Assembly (NCBI GenBank): GCA_951406725.2 | Contig: OX597827.1 | Coordinates: 17,112,001-17,176,000, forward strand | Direction of reading: 5' to 3' | DNA length: 64,000 bases | Origin: Octopus vulgaris | Lineage: Eukaryota | Shown: one piece after another, positions 55,621 through 64,000 of the stretch | How positions within the stretch are numbered: the first letter of the stretch is position 1 | Layout: each line of letters opens with the position of its first letter | The notes under the pieces: generated by a model | What the model was told of the DNA's origin: nothing | The model's input: only the letters and a program-made list of their open reading frames with translations | Databases searched by the model: none | Program-made: the position numbers and the translations under genes

Positions 55621-56623
55621 TATGTCGCTTGAATTAATTTATATTGTGGGCAGAAGCGAGCTACTGCCATCTCTAGCAGACAAGGTATCCAGTACTGATG
55701 AGAGGCTGAATTATCCCGAAACCAGACTGGTATGCTGGTCCCGCCTCTAGAAGGTGGTAGGAGTTCGTTCCCCTGCTCATAATATATCGGATGCAGCTGT
55801 GCATTGTTAACCAGCTAGAGAGAGAGAGAGATGTCATCTTGGGGTTAAAAAACTGCAATAAAGTCCGTTCGAACGGAACAGCCATGTTGAGGTGGCTACG
55901 AACATTATATGCTTATTTGATTATAGGAAAAGCAATTATAAGTAATTCAGACGTTATTTATTATTGAAATATTTAAATGCTTTTCTATTTTTATGGGAAC
56001 ATTTCGACGTAAGGCTGGTTCTATTAATGTACACTGTGTGTGTGTGTGTGCGTGTGTGTATGTGTGAATGTACGCTCGTACGTATGTGTGTATGTATGTA
56101 TGTGTGTATATGTGTGTGTATATAAGCAAACGTATGTATATACAAGTATGCACTTATACACACATATATTTTAAAATTTATAAGCACAAAAACATACAAA
56201 TATGTCGTTGTGAATTTTCATATCCTTATGTGTAAAACCACTGCAAATACATTCGCCGATGGAATATAATTTCTTTCTTGTAACATCCTATGCTACTTTA
56301 TTTGACTTAAATAATTTCGCATTACCGATTTGTCGCCACGTGTTTTCACTTATGATTATGATGCTACTTACTCGTCGTTTCGATTCTTACCTTGATGAAT
56401 TTTCTGTTCGTCGCACAAACTTTTTTCTCTCGTGATAAACCATCTAGTTTGGTTCAATTTTTCGTCATCTTAGTTCTACAGTGCGATTTAATGTGTCCTG
56501 TGTTCCCACAACGAAAACACTTTGTTTTTTTTTGAACAGGTACTCTTGTTTCGGGTGCCTACCACCGCATGCCATACGTGGGTTTATCTCCTGTTGTATA
56601 TCGTGTTGTTTATTTCCTGTTGT

Positions 56624-57008
56624 GGATGGAAGCACTCCGTCGGTTACGACGACGAGGGTTCCGGTTGATCCGATCAACGGAACAGCCTGCTCGTGAAATT
56701 AACGTGTAAGTGGCTGAGCACTCCACAGACACGTGTACCCTTAACGTAGTTCTCGGGGATATTCAGCGTGACACAGAGAGTGACAAGGCCGGCCCTTTGA
56801 AATACAGGTACAATAGAAACAGGAAGTAAGAGTGAGAGAAAGTTGTGGTGAAAGAGTACAGCAGGGATCACCACCATCCCCTGCCGGAGCCTCGTGGAGC
56901 TTTATGTGTTTTCACTCAATAAACACTCACAACGCCCGGTCTGGGAATCGAAACCGCGATCCTACGACCGCGAGTCCGCAGCCCTAACCACTGGGCCATT
57001 GCGCCTCC
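56624..57008 (-). mobile_element. SINE family A, tail 4
   Basis: family A head; TSD-like TTCCTGTTGT at 56614 and 57011. Confidence 0.88.
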
Positions 57009-57341
57009 ACTTCCTGTTGTATATTGTTTGTGAAACGATCTCTGCGTTGGATTTCTTCTGTGTCGTGCTTTACGTTTAATATCATATCGCACTCTTCTGG
57101 TAGTTATATTCTGGTTCATTTCCAGCTTTCCGAAAATTTTCGCTCTGACTTCTACGTCCTTTATAACAGTAAGTCCCTGAACGGGTCTGGAGTCAGTTTA
57201 TCCAGTCTTGAACGAGGTAGAATTTATTGTTGTAAAATTTGTTGATGTTCTTAGAGTTGATGTTTTTGCAACTCAACTAGACCCTCTAACAAGTTTTTCA
57301 AAATTTTATAAAATATATACAACAAAAAAATTTCTTACTTC

Positions 57342-57762
57342 GGATCTTTTCGTTTTGAACGGCAGTTTTTAACATAATTTCTAGGAAACTAAAAAATTTT
57401 AAACTCCGTATACTGGTAGAATGTGTTTATAAAACATCTTTTTCTCTTGGCTTTATTGAGAAAATTCTATAGTTTGTAAGATATTTGTTGTTTTTTTCTT
57501 CAATTTCTGCAATTTCAACCAATCAATGACGTCCATTGAGGTAAAATGATTCTGTGCCGTATGAATATTTCCCTCGTTTAAGAAACAGATTGGGTTTATT
57601 TACATTTGTGAAGAAAAAAAGATACCCTTCCCCCCACCCCTAACGCTAACCCTAATCCTAAAAGAGATTGAAATGAAATAGATCGATTCTTGGGTCATAA
57701 TTATGGGTGACAATTTCATATGACACCGCTAGAAAAAACTGCCGTTCAAACCGAAAAGATCC
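57342..57762 (-). mobile_element. Merlin-like MITE
   Basis: TIRs; TSD CTTACTTC on both sides. Confidence 0.92.
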
Positions 57763-58191
57763 CTTACTTCTCTGTTGAGTTTTTAATATCTCCACGTGAA
57801 AATTTTTTCATGGTCGTCCCCGTGATTTTTTTCTTTTCTCGTGAAAATTGTTTTTCTTCTTCAACGTTGTCCGTGTGAATTGTTTATATCCTCGTCACCA
57901 CTGTTATAATCTAAATCCTCGTCAACTTGTACGCTGTTGTCAGCACTGTAATATTCTTGTCGCCACTATTGTGTTGTGGCGCTATTCCACGTCTTATTAT
58001 CTTTGACTCGTCTATCATGCTATCGCTGATTGCTCCGCAAGACAATGACTTTGAAACGTCTACCTTGACGGTAACTCGAACTACTTTATACCACGTAACT
58101 GGTACTGATTCCAACTGAGAACTGGTACAACGACTCTACTACTATTGACTGCCTACAACCACTGACTGTCTGACTTTGTAGTGGCTGACAC

Positions 58192-58560
58192 ATACCACTT
58201 CGTCACATAAAACGTGGGAAGGGAAGTACCATTTTCACTACAACAGAAACCTAAAGACGAAGGAACCAACTACGAAATTATATAGAAAATCTATTCCAAA
58301 ACCAAACCCTATGTTAACGGATCAGAAAGATGCTCAATATGCTCTCTCGAAAAAGTTATATCTCTGAGTGTACTTGAGAGCCTCATACCACTTTGTCACG
58401 TGGGAAGGAAAGAACCAACAGAAGCCTAAAGACGAAGGAACCAACTACGAAATTAAATAGAAAATCTTTTCCAAAACCAAAAATCAGAAAGATGTTCAAT
58501 ATGCTCTCTCGAAAGACTATATCTCTGAATGTACTTGAGAACCTCCAACGTCTACATAAA
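58192..58560 (+). pseudogene. tandemly duplicated PLE endonuclease C-terminal fragment
   Basis: LKDEGTNYEI..KIYSKTKPYVNGSERCSICSLEK occurs twice (~190-bp unit). Confidence 0.65.
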
Positions 58561-59084
58561 TTCCAGGATTGAAATTTTGTTTTCATGTCCGCATTTTAAG
58601 AAATTCGGGAAATTAAAAGTAGGCTACCTCACATAATAAACCATTCATATCTTGTTTACGTGTTTTGTGTTTTACATTTATTTATCGTAAGGTTGGTTAT
58701 CTCCCCTCTGTTTTTTTCTTTCTCTTTTCTTCCTTATGAACGTTCCCTATCCAAACATCATCTGATTTAAAACCAACCGAGAACTGGTATTGTTCACAGC
58801 TTGAAAAATGACGAAAGAAATTAATGTTTCGGCTCTGAAACCCTGGGTAGCTGTATTTCACAAGACTTGTGGTTTTCATAGCTTTCACCAAATCGATGTT
58901 GTCTGAACATGTGCACGATGCACCAGGCTTCAAGTGTCGAAGTAATCGCTGAGCAACGTGAGATGAAGTGTTTTGTTCAAGAACATTACGTACCAACCAG
59001 GCTAGGAATGGAAACCACAATATCGCGATGGTGAGTGCAACGACTGAACCACGAGACCTATCACCCTCACTATATATATATATG

Positions 59085-59440
<356 letters not shown>

Positions 59441-59514
59441 CATATATGAATGCGAGTTCTCTTCATGTATACCCATGTTTTCCTCAAAATTTACAAAACG
59501 AACACGTTGCTTAT

Positions 59515-59515
59515 T

Positions 59516-59552
<37 letters not shown>

Positions 59553-59553
59553 C

Positions 59554-59619
<66 letters not shown>

Positions 59620-59690
59620 CAACATCATCATCATCGTCATCATCATCATCATTATCATAATCATCATCAACATCATCATCATTATTATTA
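59515..59690. repeat. compound (CAT)n/(TAT)n array
   Basis: seen directly. Confidence 0.95.
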
Positions 59691-60081
59691 CCGATCTTAC
59701 ATTGAAATTCTGTATAACATTTAATTAGAAATATATACCACCGACGCATTTGAATTCTGCTCTCTTCTTCCGTATTTTCTGTATTTCCGTTGGAAAAATC
59801 CTAAGAAGCTTCTTTCAATTATCTACCCATTCATAATTCTCCTACGCTTGAATCAATCCATTGTTGTTTTACATTTCGCTTGAATTCACGCGTAGCATTA
59901 AACCAAGAATTCTTTGTAAGGAGTTCGAGAGAGAGAGAGAGAAAAAAAAAGACAGGAAAAAAAAACCGTTTTGAGAGTTGCACATTCGCAGCAATACACA
60001 CTAATGTTATACTGATGTGCAGGAATATAATATTTCTATGTAATTATCTAACGAGATGTTTCTGCGTCCGTAGGGATTCTA

Positions 60082-60222
60082 TAAGGTTGTCCCAAAAGTT
60101 CGTAGAAAGTCTTGGAAAATAATGGTCTTTATTTTGAGGAATAATTTTTGTTGTTTTTGTTAGTACTTGGCGAGTAAAAATTCAATTTTCGCAAGTGTTT
60201 ACGAACTTTTGGGACAACCTAA
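60082..60222. mobile_element. 141-bp mariner-type MITE
   Basis: TIR AGGTTGTCCCAAAAGTTCGTA / TACGAACTTTTGGGACAACCT, TA flanks. Confidence 0.85.
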
Positions 60223-60607
60223 TAAGACCTTGTTATTCAACCGCTCATGTGCGTATGTGAACATCGTTCTACTATTGTTTCACTTATTTCAATCCTTGCA
60301 CACTGCTCCCATTCTTGAGTACTACATTGAAATGATTCGTCACACAGAGACCCCGATACCTATTCTTTCTTTACTTTTTCGAGTTTGTTTCATATTGTAT
60401 CAGAGTCTTTTGCCTGTCTCCAAAATTAGGAAGACGCAAGCAAACCAACACCGGTGTCAAACAGTGCCGAGGCGAACAAAAGAACACGCACACACAATAT
60501 ATGCATAAACATTTATGTATGTGTGTAAATATATATACATATATACATACATACATACACATATATATATACATATATATACATATATACATATATGAAT
60601 ATGTGTG

Positions 60608-60640
<33 letters not shown>

Positions 60641-60931
60641 TATTTATATGTGAGTGTCTATGTGTGTGTGTACACGAGGCCGTTTCTCCATCTCCCAGAT
60701 TCACTCACAAAGCATTGGTCGGCTTGAGGCTGGAGCAAAAGAAACATGTCCTACATACCGCGCCCGTAGGACTGAGCCTGAAACTATGTGATTGCGGGGC
60801 AAACTTATTAAATACACGGCCATACCAGCGCCCATGATGTAGGTAAAACAACTACAATATATATTATACTCGGTGCAAACATTAACTAAAATAAAGCTCA
60901 GTCTTAGGGATAGAGTGGTAAGTTATGTTTA

Positions 60932-61372
60932 GGATCTTTTCGGTTTGAACGGCAGTTTTTAACATAATTTCTAGGTAACTAAAAAAATTTAAAACTTCGT
61001 ATACTGGTAGAATGTGTTTATAAAACATCTTTTTCTCTTGGCTTTATTGAGAAAATTCTATAGTTTGTAAGATATTTGTTGTTGTTTTTTTCAATCTCTG
61101 CAATTTCAACCAATCACTGACGTCTATTGGGGTAAAAAAGCATTCTGTGCCGTATGAATATGTCCCTCGTTTAAGAAACAGATTGAGTTTATTTACATTT
61201 GTGAAGAAAAAAGATACCCTTCCCCCACTCCTAACCCTAACCCTAACTAACTCTAACTAACCCTAACCCTAAAACAGATTGAAATGCAATAGATCGATAC
61301 TAGGGTCATAATTATGGGTGACAATTTCATATGACACCGCTAGAAAAACTGCCGTTCAAACCGAAAAGATCC
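60932..61372 (-). mobile_element. Merlin-like MITE with expanded CCCTAA repeats
   Basis: TIRs; TSD TATGTTTA on both sides. Confidence 0.92.
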
Positions 61373-61719
61373 TATGTTTATTTTTCACAAAAAGAAAAAA
61401 ATAAATGATAGTCTACTCGACCTTCACCTAGCAACTCATCGCATTCAGTGTTTAGATGAAAAACGTGTAGAGTGTCATTTTTGTATAATAAATACACGCA
61501 CGCTCATATACACAAATTAATTCTGTTATTTTTGCCTAAGTTGAGAAAAGTAGTTACTACAAACTACAAGCATTCAAAGTTGAAGCGAATTAACTAACTC
61601 GCAAAGCTTATAGCTCACGTCAATTATCCAACTCATCAAGTGAAAATGTTTCTATTCGTATATGTTTATGCAAACGAGATTTTGATACGTTAGAAATAGT
61701 TTGTACGTTAGAAATAGCC

Positions 61720-62111
61720 ACCCAGACTCCGCCGGATATTCTCCTCTACCCACTCGAGTTTTATCCCAGGTGGCAACCCGCAGACCCAAGCTCTTGTCAA
61801 CCTCTTCCACAATACGTGGGAAGAAACAAAATTTCTTTGCCCTCTAAGGGCTGGCTCGCAAATTTACAAGCCACTTCAGGGATTTCAAATAGCAACCACA
61901 TCTTTGCGTATTTGACATCCCTGGAAATGAATTTAATTGTTGGCAAATACTCTGCCAACTCCTTTTCAATTACAGTCTTTCCAAAGAGGGCGATGGTGTC
62001 GAGTGACTTGGAGTAAGTCCTCAACACCACCGCCCTCTCTTCACGGTCTTTCAACCACTGTTTGGGTGGTATAATTTCCCACACGAAAACATTGTCTTTT
62101 TTCGTTGCCAT
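61720..62111 (-). pseudogene. non-LTR ORF1 relic, N-terminal half
   Basis: IIPP..ERAVVLRTY..VIEKELAE..FLPTYCGR(fs)TRAWVCGLPPGIKLEWV; aligns with 13900 and 37965. Confidence 0.65.
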
Positions 62112-62393
62112 GTTATTGTTTTAGCAATTCGAAAATAGTTCAAAATAAGACTTAAAAAGAGAGAAGAAAAAGAAAGAAATCAAAAGAAAGGCATAATAAA
62201 ATGGAAAGAGGAAAAGGAAAATTATTAAGTGATGTCGTGTAGCAGTAACAAATCCTTCTCGATGGGATTGCGAATACTTTAGCGTATATGTTGTCATGCT
62301 ACTTTCTACAATCAGTAGTTTAAATATTCGGTACTGCGATATTAAAAGTTACGATTCCAGACGATAAAGTTTGTAGCAATACAGATACGCGCG

Positions 62394-62438
<45 letters not shown>

Positions 62439-62809
62439 TTATTCATATATGCTCAGATACATATGTGCCATGTGCGAATTTACAATACTGTGTGTTTCAC
62501 TTCACGTCAGTCACAATTGTATTTAAACCGAAAATATCTCAAAGTATCTATCTACATTGTATCTTATCATGTACGTGTATGTGTAACATACGTATAGATT
62601 TAACCAACCTAACGCTCTATATCTGTATACCCATCTGTATGTTTACAGTGATTCATCGAAAATTCGAAGATGGCAAACAGATTTCGTTGGTAAGCCTGGA
62701 GCCATTATTTTCCTGTCTCGAAACTGAGCTTATATGCGTGTGAAATTTAACTCTTGGCAAGTGAGATTATATGTGTAACTAATATCCCATATTACCATTG
62801 AATTTATCT

Positions 62810-62941
<132 letters not shown>

Positions 62942-63200
62942 GCGTCTATCAGATAGACATTAAAATATATAGATAACTACGTTTATATATCTATCACTAT
63001 ACATGCATGTATGTACGTATGTATGTAAGTATATACGCATAAATATACGATATATATACGATATATAAATTTTTGTTTTATATATATACAGGCATATATA
63101 TACACATATACATAGACATATATATATATATACATCCATATGCCAATATATATACATACAATATATAAACATTATTATATGCATACCTATTTATATATAC

Positions 63201-63231
<31 letters not shown>

Positions 63232-63276
63232 CATAGATATATATATATACATATATATATACATATATATACATAG

Positions 63277-63450
<174 letters not shown>

Positions 63451-63896
63451 GTATGTTAACATGTGGCGTGTTTATAAGCGTGTATGTATACATGTATTCT
63501 TGTTCAATCAATTCGAATATGATAATAATCGAAGCATACATCCTTTCTTCTTACGTTTCTATCCTATTTTCCGTTTCAATATATCATACCACTATATTTC
63601 CTTTCTTTGTTTCCTTTTTTTCCTTCTGCTGCCGACACTGATTTGTAGCTTAAAAAAAAGTTTTAATGAAAAAAAAAAATAAAATGCTAAAAAGTAAAAC
63701 TGAATGTGTATTCGTATGAAATAAAAAAAAAAAAAAAAAAAAACCGTTATGTTCAGGGATAAACAATAGTTATATTTTCTTCCACAAGTTATCATGTCTA
63801 ATGCGCACATACAAGAGATATGAACTGACACATACTCACACAATACACACATATATATGATATACCTTATATACTTTTTATACTGGTTTGTGTGTG

Positions 63897-64000
<104 letters not shown>

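Noticed and set aside
61225-61275. Interstitial telomere as a chromosome-fusion scar
   Set aside because: It is an internal part of a MITE present four times in the window.

Overview
AT-rich eukaryotic non-coding DNA saturated with microsatellites. The SINE repertoire and (TA)n/(CATA)n/(CTAT)n load resemble an octopus (coleoid cephalopod) genome; this is an inference from pattern recognition, not a database result. No intact host protein-coding gene, tRNA or rRNA gene is supportable, and nearly all ORFs in the supplied track are microsatellite translations. The window holds four tRNA-headed SINE families (labelled A-D here), a 10-unit SINE-derived tandem array, four Merlin-like MITEs with perfect 8-bp TSDs and internal TTAGGG repeats, deleted mariner copies, hAT and Helitron non-autonomous elements, RTE and CR1/L2 3' ends, L1/Tx1-like ORF1 relics and Penelope-like (PLE) GIY-YIG relics. 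The most notable signal is a set of short elements sitting inside (TA)n tracts. Some carry minimal hammerhead ribozyme motifs and others form long, near-perfect fold-back hairpins with a conserved unpaired tail. Together they suggest a microsatellite-targeted PLE/ribozyme system that generates dsRNA-forming palindromes. Coordinates were counted by eye; boundaries of decayed elements are approximate.
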